Part shown: positions 29,476-44,514 of the stretch, one piece after another
How the letters are laid out: every line of letters starts with the position of its first letter
Position numbering within the stretch: position 1 is the first letter of the stretch
Origin: Eledone cirrhosa
Taxonomy: Eukaryota
Assembly: GCA_964016885.1 (NCBI GenBank)
Contig: OZ024749.1
Location: forward strand, 38,254,001 to 38,318,000
DNA length: 64,000 bases
Direction: 5' to 3'
The notes under the pieces: model-generated
The model's database searches: none
Seen by the model: only the letters and a program-made list of their open reading frames with translations
What the model was told of the DNA's origin: nothing
Translations under genes and position numbers: made by a program

Positions 29476-30332
29476 AAAAAGTAGTTGAAATGCAAATGAA
29501 GTCTTTAAGAGATTTTATTTACAATAATTTATGACTTTACCGATTTTCAAAAGCCAAGAGAGATGGAGAAATACGTTGCTATGCCGACGTGTATTTTTTA
29601 CCCACGTGGGAGAACTTAAAAAACCTTACTTTCGCGCATACATAATAAGAGTATGAAATTTCAACTATAATATACTATACTATATATATGACAGCCAAAT
29701 TTCATTTATAACCAATCAAATCACGTCTATTTTAAAAAAAAAGCCTTCGTGAGCCACCTTTTTTTTTAAGTAAAGAAATTCAAACACACACACAACACAC
29801 ACACACGCACACACACACAAGCACACAAATAAACATACATATCTTTACTGTCTTTATTCAATAGAAAATCTGAATTCTGACACCCCAGCGAACTAACCAT
29901 ATTCACTGAACCAGAACAATTCTCCCATCTCTTTCTCTTGACCATTATCTTTCACTTATCATAAAATTCTCTAAAAAGGCTACAGAGTGGATTTCCAAAT
30001 AAGGGCACGAAAATTTAATGAAAACTTGTTCACGTGACAGCCATAATTTCATTTATAACCAACCAAAAAAAGCCTTCGTGAGCCCCTTTTTTCAAGTAAA
30101 AAGAAATTCAAACACTCATATATGAAAAAACAACCTGTGACAACCCCCCCCCCTCTTATTTGAAGAACTATTATAACGCGAACTAGCGCGAAATTTATTA
30201 TAATTATTGACAAACCAATCAAATTACTTCTCGAAAAACCTGGCATTTCGAGCCACTTTTTCCATATAAAGCAAGTAACATTCAGAGACCAACCAGATGT
30301 GAGAAAAACCACAGACCCTCCATCTCAACTCA

Positions 30333-30370
30333 CCTTTTGAAAAGCAGAAGAACTGCGAAACCGGTAAAGG
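30333..30370 (+). ncRNA. Decayed PLE-type hammerhead
   Basis: CCTT-TTGAAAA-GCAG(AAGAA)CTGC-GAAA-CCGG-TA-AAGG; two core mutations. Confidence 0.55.
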
Positions 30371-30524
30371 AACCAAATAAATATATATATTTTAAAAAAA
30401 AATAAGACTCCAGTTGCATTTTCGATTTCATCTCTTTTTCTTTATACTTTCACTCGTGTAGAACACCTCGGTTATTTTTCAATTTGTAAAAAAAAACTCA
30501 CTTTCTAATATATATATATATATA

Positions 30525-30986
30525 TGCAAAAGTTCTATTTAAAATTGTTGGGATACAACAAGTAAATATTTTTATAACTGATATAAAGCACTCGACAAAT
30601 TTTTGGAGTAGATATACGATATTAATAAATGGAAACTATATTTATAAAACCATATTTATTTCATTATACATATTTCAGGGATACCACATTAAATTATGGT
30701 ATGCCTTCATCAGACAAAATACAATATATAACAGTTTTACAAATAAGTTTGACGTACCCTTTAAAATACAACCATTACTTTTGGAGGCTGTCTGGATAGT
30801 CTATCCAGACAGCCTCCAAAAGTAATGGTTGTATTTTAAAAGGGTACGTCAAAGCTATTTGTAAAACTGTTATATATTGTATTTTGTCTGATGAAGGCAT
30901 ACCATAATTTAATGTGGTATTCCTGAAATATGTATAATGAAATAAATATGGTTTTATAAATATAGTTTCCATTTATTAATATCGTA
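30525..30986 (-). mobile_element. PLE family B: ~185-bp arm palindrome plus tail
   Basis: Arms 30615-30799 and 30801-30986; intact hammerhead core in both arms. Confidence 0.85.
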
Positions 30987-31528
30987 TATATATATATATA
31001 TATATATATAGTATAGTTGAAATTTCATACTCTTAATATGTATGCGCGATCTTAAGTTTCGCTGCCCAGTTATTGTTACCACTGTACTATATTGGAGGAG
31101 CTGTTTCAACACTGCCCTCTCCTCGGGAGCCAGGACAAATTGATATATAAACTAGGGGCCACACAGGATAATGAGAATGGAAAAAAACAATGGAAAATCA
31201 GAGTTCCAACTCCTCTGTCAACCGTTGGAAATCACTACAGTGTCGATGCATTTAGTTTGATACAGTTCATTCCAGTGCATATTGAGACATAATAAAACAG
31301 GTAGAGGCTAAGACAACACTTAGTCTAAATGTTTGTGTCTAAAAAGAAAACATATACCTCCTAAAATTAATTTAATTCATAAGAATTTCACCAGAGAGAG
31401 AGGAGAGAGAAGGAGATGGAGAGGGGGAGAGAAAGAGAGAGGGGGAAGAGAAAGAGAGAAGGAGAGAGAGAGAAAGAGAGGGGGAGAAAGAGAGGGAGAG
31501 AAAGAAGAGAGAGGGAGACAGAAAGAGA

Positions 31529-31563
<35 letters not shown>

Positions 31564-31613
31564 ATATAAAGGAAAGATCGAACATAGTAGTGCTCCCTCC
31601 CTTACCCTCCTCC

Positions 31614-31756
31614 GGGGAAACGCCTTCTCTATTCTGTCCGCCGGAGCTGTTGGGGAGGCCAGCACGTGGGACCCCATTTTCCCACCTTACGGAGAGATGG
31701 GGCTGGCGAGAGAGATGGAGGCGATGACAGTGGGAGTTCGGCTGTTCTTTCATGTT
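31614..31756. repeat. Dispersed GC-rich ~140-bp repeat, copy 3
   Basis: See copy 1. Confidence 0.85.
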
Positions 31757-32052
31757 TACTTCAACGGCTGAAAACCAAACATGACCTCAGCGGGATTTAA
31801 ACTAAGGGCGCGGGCAACCTGAAAGAATTCAATAGTGCAAAGTTTTCTATCCGACATTTACCCGTATCTGCCAACTCACTACCGCCACCGCTACATTGCA
31901 GTTCCCTCCATATTCATCTTAAATAATCCTAAATTAGAAAAGAGATTTATTTTAGAAGTGAAGTTCTTTTGAAAATTGTGTGTGATTCCATGTGATTCCA
32001 TTTCTGTCATTTGAAGGAAAATTTGATATTTTTAGCGAAAAATATTATAAAG

Positions 32053-32104
<52 letters not shown>

Positions 32105-32106
32105 CA

Positions 32107-32191
<85 letters not shown>

Positions 32192-32871
32192 ATTTATATA
32201 CATACATATATATACGTATGTATATATATATATATATATACATTCATACATACATATATATATGTGTGTGTATATATATATATATATATACATACATACA
32301 TATATATATGTGTATATATGTATATATATATATATATATACTTGAAATTATTCCGTTCGCAGTTGATTTTGCATATAATATTTTTAATCTTCGTAAGTTT
32401 TGTTTGTTGGTTTGTTTTAATAATTAAATGCTTAAAGGAAGGAATAAAATAAAACGTAATACTAGAGAAGCGAAACGAGAGAATAGATATTAAGAATAAT
32501 GGAGCTATAGAGAAGGTGAGGTATAAGGAGGGGTTTGGCCAAATAGGCGCCATAGCTTGAGAGAAGGTTTTTTTACAGAAATGCAACACTCTATAAAGAT
32601 AAGTGATGAGGGATGTGTCACACTAACAGTGCCCCCCATATAAACACGCATTACTTATGCATACAACACACAAATACACTTTCAGAAAAACAAATACAGA
32701 GAGCACACTCGCAAACAGAGCACACATGCAAACACACACACATAGTCGTTAGAAAGGAAATCAGCTTCAATCAATATAAATGATATGTGTGTGTATCTAT
32801 GTATGTGCGTGTAATTGTATTCTTTAACTGGTTTTCCTGGAACATCGCCTTGATTTGTATGTATATATATA

Positions 32872-33030
32872 TACAATATATTAACAAATGGAAACTATAT
32901 TTATAAGACCATATTTATTTCATTATACATATTTCAAGGACACCAAAGCAAATTATGGTGCGCTTTCATCAGATAAAATATAATATAGATCAGTTTTATA
33001 AACAAATATTGACATACCCTTAACGAATGT
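32872..33030 (-). mobile_element. PLE family B tail-less copy with hammerhead
   Basis: TATTTTAT-CTGATGA...GAAA-TATGTA-TA-ATGAAATA on the minus strand. Confidence 0.75.
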
Positions 33031-33066
33031 GACCATGTCGGTTGGAAGCTCCCGGATATATATATA

Positions 33067-33255
33067 TAGGAACAAATTATGACCCCGACGGCAGAACTCA
33101 AGCCGTTTCGACGGAGTCCAGAAATAGCCGTCGAAACGTCTTGAGCTCTGCCGTCGGGGTCATACTTTTTTCGTATATCCCACTCTACTACCCTAAGTAT
33201 TTAGAACTCAGGTGTGTTATGCTCCATCTGGTTCCTTACCACAATTCCTTTGTTA
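33067..33255 (+). mobile_element. PLE family A palindrome plus tail; possible 5' pseudo-LTR of the adjacent element
   Basis: Same architecture as 4770-4980. Confidence 0.7.
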
Positions 33256-33309
33256 TATATATATATATATATATTTATTAAAATATATATATATATATTA
33301 AAATAACAG

Positions 33310-34887
33310 ATTAAAGTTTTAGCAAAGAATCGCTGTTTTCACCCTTAACGGATTTCGCTAACAACCCTTCTATTCGGCTAATTAACCCTCCGAAGTCTGA
33401 TTTAGGTAGACTTAGTAAAAGGATTTTAGATAGAATTATACGTGTAATTAGAAGCTTGGCGCCTCTTGCACTGTGGAATATTTCTTTCCCGGTGATTGAT
33501 TGGTTCATATGCAAAAGGAACATTGCAGTTTTATCCAATTCGACATCAATAACTACTACTCCTCCATCACCTTACAACTTCTTCTTAGAGCTATCAATTT
33601 CGCTAAAACGCTCACGGTGGCTAATGATTTCGAAGTTGATGTCATCCTCAATGCCCGTAAGTCGGTGATTAATTTCGACGACTCTATTTGGACAAAAAAA
33701 TCTAATAGTACCCCATTCGACGTGAGTATGGGCGTCAGCGATTCGGCGAAGGTTACAGATCTTATCGGCCTTTTCCTTCTTTTCTCTATCAGGGAAGAAT
33801 TCCCTAACGTGGGCGGTGGTTTTGTACCGCGATGATAGTCTTTTGACCAAGACTAAGTGCGGTCCCTGTGCTTGCGACTGGTTTAGAAAAGAATTGACAG
33901 CCTTCTTTAAAGGCTTCCACCTCTCCATACAAGTTGAGACCAACTACCTCGACGTTACCCTCAATTTTTCAATTCGTATAGAAAGCTGAACGATAGGCTT
34001 AATTACATCAGTAAGCATTGTAACCATCCTGCCAGCATAACTAAGAACCTGGTAAGAAACGTTTCTCTGAGGCTTTCCCGTCTATCTACAAACGAGCAAA
34101 TTTTCACCGACCATTCGATATATTACAATGAAGCCCTTGCTCGGAGTGGATTTGTCGATAAGGTAGCATATACTAAGTATGAGCATAAACCTAGGAAAAA
34201 TAGATCCCGACGCATTATAAGGTATAACCCACCATATAATATGGAGGTGGCCACACCATTAGCTAAGATCTTTCTCTCCCTTATTAAGAAGCATTTCCCC
34301 TCAGCACATAATTATAAGATTTTTAATAGAAATACCATTAAATATCTTACTTCACGACTCCTAACTTTGCACATAACATCACTGCTTAAAATTTAGCTAA
34401 ATTACCTGGCCGTAGTAACACGTGCAGCCGTGTAGCTAGTACTAACTGTAATTGTAGGAATCGGGTTGACTGCATACTATCTGGGGAATGCCTCTCCAGT
34501 AACATTGTCTACAATTGTAAGGTCGAAATACCCACGTCTACTAGGGCCTACATAGGGTTAACCGTCAATAGATTCAAGCAGCGTCTTTACATGCACACCC
34601 ATTCTTTTCTTAACCATTTAAGAAGGAATATGTCGTCACTTTCATCTTATATCTGGAGTCTAAAAGACAATCACACCCAATATAGGTTACACTGGGAAAT
34701 CCTAGCTAAAGCTAGATCGTATAACGGAAATAAAAGACCATGCGATCTTTTGGCCGCTGAAGCCCTGGAAATACTCTATGCCAATGATCACATCTTAAAC
34801 AAAAAATCTGAGGCAATTTCGACTTGTAAACACAAATTGCATAAAACTTTCCTGTATAACAGATTAAATTTTAATCTGTTATTTTAA
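33310..34887 (+). pseudogene. Penelope-like RT plus GIY-YIG endonuclease (Hydra-clade-like); 5'-truncated and frameshifted
   Basis: RLINPPKSDLGRLSK; FIQFDINNYYSSI; FDVSMG; LYRDD; YLDVTLN; NHP; YNPPY; CNCRNRVDC; NIVY..YIG; LSSYIWSLK; LNKKSE..CKH. Confidence 0.9.
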
Positions 34888-35007
34888 TAAATATTTGCTC
34901 TAGGGTTCTTATATATTTGATATATATTTATCCTTATCGAGCCCTCTTTGAATTTTAGTCTTCACATTTATTATTATTACTATATATGTATATATATATA
35001 TATAAGC

Positions 35008-35959
35008 GACTTCCTTGTTCATCATCTTACCAGAAGCCGGACATTGTTTATGTAGGCGGACGGTACCTGATTTAGGAGCCGCAGAAAGCCAAATGCTGGA
35101 TTTTACCATCTTTCCAGGGGGTCCGGGTAAATTTTTCAATCATATATATTTTTATTTGTTTGACCCGAATTACTTGATCGTATTTTTTGGCTGTGCGAAT
35201 GATTGTTTAAGCATCGTCTCAGTGTGTTGGTATTAAACGTTAGTTATAGCTCTGGTTCATCCGAACCATTGAGCACTTTGCCGCACATTTCGAAAATTGT
35301 TTTTCGTTATTTCGTGGGTCGAAGTTCCGATTCCCGATAATTTTATTTGTATTTATCTCCAGACTCTAGCTATTGATCAGTTAATTTTATTGATTTTTTA
35401 GTTGATCCTATTGACTGATGAATAGCTCATGTTAACTTTAACCCGTCTGTTGAGAACTCTAATTCGATTTGTGATATTTTGTATTCTTACAATATTATAC
35501 ACAACTGAATTGATTCGCCTAATATAGGGGTTGCCTCCCTTGCTCATCCCCACGTGGATTTAGTAAAAGTCTTCCCCTGTATTATTGAACTAAAGGCCTG
35601 TTGAAAAAATGACTTCCTTGTTCATCATCTTACCAGAAGCCGGACATTTTTTATGTAGGCGGACGGTACCTGATTTAGGAGCCGCAGAAACCCAAATGCT
35701 GGATTTTACCATCTTTACAGGGGGTCCGGATAAATTTTTCAATCATATATATTTTTATTTGTTTGACCCGAATTACTTGATCGTATTTTTTGGTCGTGCG
35801 AATGATTGTTTAAGCATCGTCTCAGTGTGTTGGTATTAAACGTTAGTTATAGCTCTGGTTCATCCGAACCATTGAGCACTTTGCCGCACATTTCGAAGAT
35901 TGTTTTTCGTTATTTCGTGGGCCGAAGTTCCGATTCTCGATAATTTTATTTGTATTTAT
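35008..35959. repeat. 349-bp near-identical direct repeats around a 254-bp spacer, flanked by (TA)n
   Basis: 35008-35356 matches 35611-35959. Confidence 0.9.
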
Positions 35960-36591
35960 ATATATATATATATATATATAGTTTCAAGAAAATGCCCGCA
36001 TGACTAAGTTTTAGAATAAAAATTCAAAATAAGGGCTCACAGGACAAAGACAATGGAAGAACAAAGAATCCCATCTTCTCAATCAACCTCTGGAAATCAC
36101 TACGGTTTCAGTTAATTGAGATTGATACCGTTCATTCTAGAGCATATTGGGGCATAACAAAACATGTAGACACAAGTTGAGTCTTTAAGGGGATTACACA
36201 AATATAGAGGAAAAGTATCCCAATTGCGTCAACAGATAAAAAAAAGAGATAATGGTGTTCGAGGGGTTTTGCCAAAGGAGAAAAAATAGAGAAAGGAGAG
36301 AAATAGTAAAACAAGAAAATAATTATGCGTGTGTGTAATTGATTCTATAACTAGTTTTCCTGGAACACCGACTATATATAGTTTTTTTTTAAAAGTGCGC
36401 ATGACTATGTTCTTAGAATATAAACTGAAAATAGGACGTGAACATATATAGCTAACTGTCTGTCTGGTTAATGATGGCACTCATTTTCAGCTGAATACAT
36501 TGGAGCAACATAAACGGAACATTTTTTTGCTCAACAACACATCACACAATACAGTGCAGTAATTGAATACACGGCATTATAATGGTAAGTC

Positions 36592-36755
36592 GGTGGATTG
36601 GCAGTATCGGTAGAGGGTCGGACGCCATGCTTTCCAGCATAGTTACGTCCCTTTACGATCTAGGTTGACTTTGCTTTTCATCCTTACGGGGTCGATAAAA
36701 TAAAGTACCAGTAATATACTGGGTATTTGCTGGCCTTGTGCCTAAAGTAGAAACA
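36592..36755 (+). mobile_element. tRNA-SINE with 16-bp TSD, nested in an older SINE head
   Basis: ATTATAATGGTAAGTC at 36576-36591 and 36756-36771. Confidence 0.9.
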
Positions 36756-37253
36756 ATTATAATGGTAAGTCCAACACCATAAGTACTAGGCCACATGCCT
36801 TCACAGAGAATAGGAGGAAGATATAAATGAACTGACCTATGAAATAGTTAGCTCCAAGTGTGAGGAGTTCTTCCGGTACCACTGCATCGTTCTCTGTCTG
36901 ATTCTGTTTGATTAAATCCCCTTGAGATGTGTTGCACGTTAGAAATCCTTCGTCCGTCACGTGATAGAACAATATGGCGTATCGAGAGGCCCAATCTTCT
37001 TCCAGACTGAAACTGCAAGAAAAATATAATTGTACACTTCAATTAAAATATCATAGCAGTTTTACATTCCGGGTGTTGGAAAATTCAAACAAACGCTAGC
37101 CTTAACATAGATCCTGAGCCACCCATCTATGAAACGGCCGTAACTGTGTATAATCAATACAGACCTTAATGTGAAACCGAGCATCATTTTATATATATAT
37201 ATATATATATAAGTATACATATATATATACGTATATATATATGTGTGTATACA

Positions 37254-37285
<32 letters not shown>

Positions 37286-37812
37286 AGTATGTATTTCGTA
37301 AGTAAGTATGAAATTTCGATTCATTTTTTCCGTTTATATATATATATATGTATAAACATTAATATATGACAGAAGGAAAGAGGAGTACAGAAAAGACAGG
37401 GGTGATATGCATGAAGGTAAAATGAGGCGGTAACTCTGTTGGAATGTCGCTCTTCAAAAAGAGATAGTGATTGGCAATTCTGTGATAAAATGAGGCCAAT
37501 CTTTGAAGTGAGACAGCATGCGGTAAGTGTAGTAATGGAAATCATTCAAGTATATTGTTGGTTCAAAAGCTAATCGAGGTGACATCTTCAATAAAGGACA
37601 TCTAGGAATTAATGTCAATGCAGGGGCTAAATGAACAAATATATTTGAAGAGACATACCAGGGAGTAAATATACTGAAGTTAACTCTTCAATGACGAATT
37701 GTTTATTGACAATTTAGTGGCAACAAACTAATCGTCGTTTCGGCATTGGAATCAACTCCTCAGTACTAATTTAGGGTCTCTTTAATAGTTAGCTATCAAA
37801 AATCAATCTATA

Positions 37813-37976
<164 letters not shown>

Positions 37977-37979
37977 CAA

Positions 37980-38045
<66 letters not shown>

Positions 38046-38237
38046 CAGAAATAGCAAACCAAACTACGCATTAGATTGGAGCAATATAATATTTTAATGC
38101 TTGAAATAGCAGTAAAAGATTCGTTACGTTTCATCAAAAGAGTCAGAAATATGAGATAAAAGAAAAAGATAAAGTGTGAGAATAGGAAGGGACGAGGAAA
38201 AAATGAGAAAAAGGGGAGGAAAACACATATTTTGAAG

Positions 38238-38326
<89 letters not shown>

Positions 38327-38331
<5 letters not shown>

Positions 38332-38428
38332 ATTTCTCCCGAATGAAACAGTATATCAAATACTTATACTCTGCTTTGTATTGAGTACCTTACTTACTGT
38401 GGTTACCTCCGATTGAACCCGGGATAAA

Positions 38429-38432
<4 letters not shown>
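38327..38432 (+). mobile_element. PLE end family D: truncated hammerhead plus tail hairpin
   Basis: TGATGA-TTTC(TCCC)GAAT-GAAA-CAG-TA-TATC; ACTC-TGC(TTT)GTA-TT-GAGT at 38368-38386. Confidence 0.55.
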
Positions 38433-38520
<88 letters not shown>

Positions 38521-38522
<2 letters not shown>

Positions 38523-38659
38523 ACGAAGGAAATGTGGTAAGGAACCAGATGGACCATAACGCACCAAAGTACTCAATACTTAGGGTAGTAGAGTGGGTAA
38601 TAGGAACGAGTAGGACCCCGACGGCTGAGTTCAAGCCGTCGGGGTCCTACTCGTTCCTA
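38521..38659 (-). mobile_element. PLE family A palindrome plus tail
   Basis: Tail 38521-38600; palindrome 38601-38659. Confidence 0.8.
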
Positions 38660-38678
38660 TTATATATATATATATATA

Positions 38679-40690
38679 TTGGCAGTATTGGTAGAGGGTC
38701 GGATGCCATGCTTTGACGCATAGAGTTACGGCCCTTGCCATTCTGAGTTCAAATCCCGCCGACGTTAACTTTGCCTTTCATCCTTACGGTGTCGATAAAA
38801 TAAAGTACCAGTAATACACTGGGTATTTGCTGGCCTTGTGCCTGACGTAGAAACAATTATATATATATATATATATATATACATGAATACCAGGACCACC
38901 CTTCCCACCATGCCCACCTTTCCAACCATGCCCACCGGGAGAGATCAATATTGAAGTTTTAGGTGATAGACAGTATAACGTGGTAAAAAGACAGATAATA
39001 TAATTCGATTCATAATTGAAAGATCGACCACCAGATACGGCATCAATTGAAACAAACATCTTTCTGCTTTCTCCTTCTCTGTGTAGAACAATAAGTTGTG
39101 TTGAAGACTGGGTTGCTATGTTGCAAAGCATGGCGTCCGATCCTCTACCAATACTGCCAATCCACCACACTACTAATAATGGTTTCTACTTTTGGCACAA
39201 GGCCAGCAATTACTCAGTGCATTACTGGTACTTTATTTTATCGACCCCGTAAGGATGAAAGGCAAAGTTAACCTCGACGGGATTTGAGCTCAGAATGGCA
39301 AGGGCCATAACTCTATACGTCAAAGCATGGCGTCCGATCCTCTACCAATACTGCCAATCCACCACGCTACTAATAATGGTTTCTACTTTTGGCACAAGGC
39401 CAGCAATTACTCAGTGCATTACTGGTACTTTATTTCATCGACCCCGTAAGGATGAAAGGCAAAGTTAACCTCGGCGGGATTTGAACTCATAATGGAAAGG
39501 GCCGTAACTCTATACGTCAAAGCATGGCGTCCGATCCTCTACCAATACTGCTAATAATGGTTTTTTTATATAGGCACAAAGCCAACAATTTCGGGGTAGG
39601 GGAAGTCGATTAAATCGACCCCAGTGTGTGACTGGTACTTTATTTTATCCACCATGTAAGGATGAAAGGCAAAGTTAACCCGCCGAGGGTAGCTTTGCCT
39701 TTCATCCTTACGGGGTCGATAAAATAAAGTACCAGTAATGAACTGGAGTCATTGCTGGTCTGGTGCCAAAAATAGAAACAATTATAAGTAGGGCGGTGGA
39801 TTGGCAGCATTGGTAGAGGATCGGATGCCAAGATTTGCAACGTAGAGTTACGGCTCTTTACAGTCTGAGTTCAAATCCCGCCGATGTTAACTTTGCTTTT
39901 CATCGTGACGGGGTCGATAAAATCGACTTTCCCCTCCCACGAAAATTGCTGGCCGTGTACCTATATAAGAAACCATTATTATTAGCAGGGCGTTGGATTG
40001 GCATTATCGGTAGAGGGTCGGACGCCATGCTTTCCAGCATAGTTACGTCCCTTTACGATCTGAGTTCAAATCCCGCCGAGGTTGACTTTGCCTTTCATCC
40101 TTACGGGGTCGATAAAGTACCAGTAATGCACTGGGTATTTGCTGGCCTTGTGCCTAAAGTAGAAACAATTATTATTAGCAGGGCGTTGGATTGGCATTAT
40201 TGATAGAGGGTCGGATGCCATGCTTTGCAGAATGAAGTTATAACCCTTTACAGTCTGAGGTCAAATCCCGCCGTTGTTAACTTTGCCTTTCATCCTTACG
40301 GGATCGATAAAATAACATACCAGTAATGCACTGGAATAATTGCTGGCCTTGTGCCAAAAGAAGAAACAATTATTAGCAAGGCGGCTGGTTGGCAGTATTA
40401 GTAGAGGATCGAACGCCATCATTTGCGACATAGAGTTGCGGCCCTATATGGTGTGAGTTCAAATCCCGCCGTTGTTAACTTTTGCCTTTCATCCTTACGG
40501 GATCAATAAAATAACATACCAGTAACGCACTGGGATAATTGCTGGCCTTGTACCACAAGAAGAAACAATTAGTAGTAGTAGTATTATTATTAGGTTGACT
40601 TTGCCTTTCATCCTTACGGGGTCGATAAAATAAAGTACCAGTAATGTACTGGTAAATTGCTGGCCTTGTGCCTAAAGTAGAAACAAGTAT
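38679..40690. mobile_element. Dense SINE cluster: one plus copy, minus array 39110-39680, plus array 39690-40690
   Basis: About ten SINE bodies; fold-back junction at ~39655-39710. Confidence 0.9.
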
Positions 40691-40859
40691 TATTATTAGT
40701 ATTATAAAAATGTAGAGAACTATGCAATGTGTTTAGTATGGATTCCATTATATTTGTAGCTCGAGGGAGCAGAGTTAATTATGTATGTTTGTAAGTGTGT
40801 GTAGAAACAAAATAATATACACACTCCACACACACATATAGATATATGTATATAATGAA

Positions 40860-41755
40860 TGTATATATAATTATATGTACACACGCACACACACAGACGC
40901 ACACATACATACATAAACACACATATATACGTACATATATATATAGATATATATAGATATACACACACATACATACATACATACATATATACATATATAT
41001 ATATAGATATATATGTGTGTGTGTGTGCATATAATTATATGTACACACGCACACATACACAGGCACAGACACACATACATAAACACACATACATACGTAC
41101 ATATATATATAGATATACACACACATACATACATATATATATATATGTGTGTGTGTACATATAATTATATGTACACACGCACACATACACAGACACACAT
41201 ACATACATAAACACACATATATACGTACATATATATATAGATATACACACACATACATACATATATATAGATATATATATATGTGAGTGTGTGTGTGTGT
41301 GTGTGTGTACATATAATTATATGTACACACGCACACACACACACATACATACATAAACATACATACATACGTACATATATATATATATAGATATACACAC
41401 ACATACATACATATATATAGATATGTGTGTGTGTGTGTGTCTGTGTGTGTGTACATATAATTATATGTACACACGCACACACAGCCACACACATATATAA
41501 ACACACATACATACGTACATATATATATATAGATATACACACACATACATACATACATATATATAGATATATGTGTGTATGTGTGTGTGTGTGTGTGTAT
41601 GTGTGTGTGTGTGTGTGCATATAATTATATGTACACACGCATACACACAGCCACACACATACATACATAAACATACATACATACGTACATATATATATAT
41701 ATAGATATACACACACATACATACATACATATATATAGATATATGTGTGTGCATG

Positions 41756-41794
<39 letters not shown>

Positions 41795-41810
41795 ATACAT
41801 ATGCATACAT
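40860..41810. repeat. Higher-order repeat (130-165 bp) built from microsatellites, ~6 units
   Basis: Anchor ATAATTATATGTACACACGCA recurs six times. Confidence 0.8.
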
Positions 41811-41925
41811 ACATATATACACATTTTTGAGAGAGATGGGGATGAGTGGCTACAGAAATATAAAATATATCTTTGGACATATGTAAATATATATGATTGT
41901 GAATATGAATTTATGAACATACACG

Positions 41926-41965
<40 letters not shown>

Positions 41966-42153
41966 TAGATAGATAGATATAGATATAGATAGGTAAATAT
42001 ACACGGGTGCGTATGATTGTGTATAGAAGATTATATTAATAAGAGGAATTCCAACTTTGTCTGATTTACTCGTTTTATTTACAATCCTTTAAAATATATA
42101 TAATGGTATTATAATGAAATCGTATGGTAGAATATTAAATTCTAAGTGTTAAT

Positions 42154-42192
42154 TGAACAAGTACTTTCATGCTTTCGCAATCTTCAGGTTCA
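42154..42192 (-). ncRNA. Minimal type I hammerhead ribozyme
   Basis: TGAAC-CTGAAGA-T-TGC(GAAA)GCA-T-GAAA-GTAC-TT-GTTCA. Confidence 0.75.
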
Positions 42193-42574
42193 TGATATGT
42201 GGTGACAGTCGAGTTTGCAATTTTACAAGCAAATTATAAACGTAAACTTGTAAGTATGTTTTTGAAACGGTGAGCGAGTTTGAAATTAGAAATTAGAAAT
42301 TATAAGCTTTCACCGTATTTTAGACTAAAGAAATTTCTAGCCTTACAGTGGGTTTATAACCCTCGGAGAAATGGAAAAAGATGAGTGTTGCCGTACATGG
42401 CAACACTCATGCCGTACATGGCAACACATGTACGGCAACACTCATCTTTTTCCATTAAAAATCAGATACCTCAGGTTGGTGCGAGCAATAATCTAAAAAA
42501 AGTTATTGGGAGCAGTAATCGCGTAAAGCGAGGGCGACAAGTGCACAACATAGAAGGATAAAAACAAACCAAAG

Positions 42575-42608
<34 letters not shown>

Positions 42609-42637
42609 GTATTTATATATATATATACATAAGTATA

Positions 42638-43306
<669 letters not shown>

Positions 43307-43322
43307 TATATATATATATATA

Positions 43323-43668
43323 TATTAATTCAAAATATTAACAAAATAGATATTCTTGTGATCAATTATATTTTATTATTCATATTTCAGAGGTACTGAA
43401 TTAAGTTCACTACCTTGATTAAATATTAACCATCAACCATATCAGGGTTTGTCATGTATCATTTTATTTTATCTGATGAGGACGTACTGTTGAACTTAAT
43501 TCAGTACCTTTAAAATATGAATAATAAAATATAATTGAACACAAGAATATCTATTTTGTTAATATTCTGAATTAATATTAATAACTCTGGAAAATCTTTA
43601 CTGTAGAGTGCTTCCAATCTATTGTAAAACTCATTCCTTGATGTATTCATTGAATCTTGTTTAACTCT

Positions 43669-43672
<4 letters not shown>
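43323..43672 (+). mobile_element. Divergent family B relative: inverted arm, hammerhead, tail
   Basis: Arm 43323-43410 is an inverted copy of ~43491-43577; CTGATGA at ~43473; hairpin 43584-43609. Confidence 0.7.
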
Positions 43673-43704
<32 letters not shown>

Positions 43705-43751
43705 AATATATATATATATATACATATATATACAAATATATATATATATAT

Positions 43752-43952
<201 letters not shown>

Positions 43953-44206
43953 TATGCATGTACAAACATACGTATATATTATTCTATACAAAGTAATAGG
44001 AATATTTGCATAGAAATGTACGTGTATACTCAAATACAAAGTAATTATATTCCTATACATATCATTATACGCAGCCACATATAAACACATGCACACATTT
44101 ATACAATCTTATACATGGCAAACAGTCATCTTGAAACAACCACATCTGTTCCTGTACGTTTCCGGAGATAATTTATTTGGTTTTAAACATTAAATCTCTC
44201 TCTCTA

Positions 44207-44374
<168 letters not shown>

Positions 44375-44448
44375 ATATATATATATATATATATTTGTAT
44401 ATATATATATATATTTATATTTGTGTATATATATATATTTATATATAT

Positions 44449-44514
<66 letters not shown>

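Noticed and set aside
35405-35430. CTGATGA as a hammerhead core
   Set aside because: No correctly placed GAAA; it is one arm of a simple hairpin
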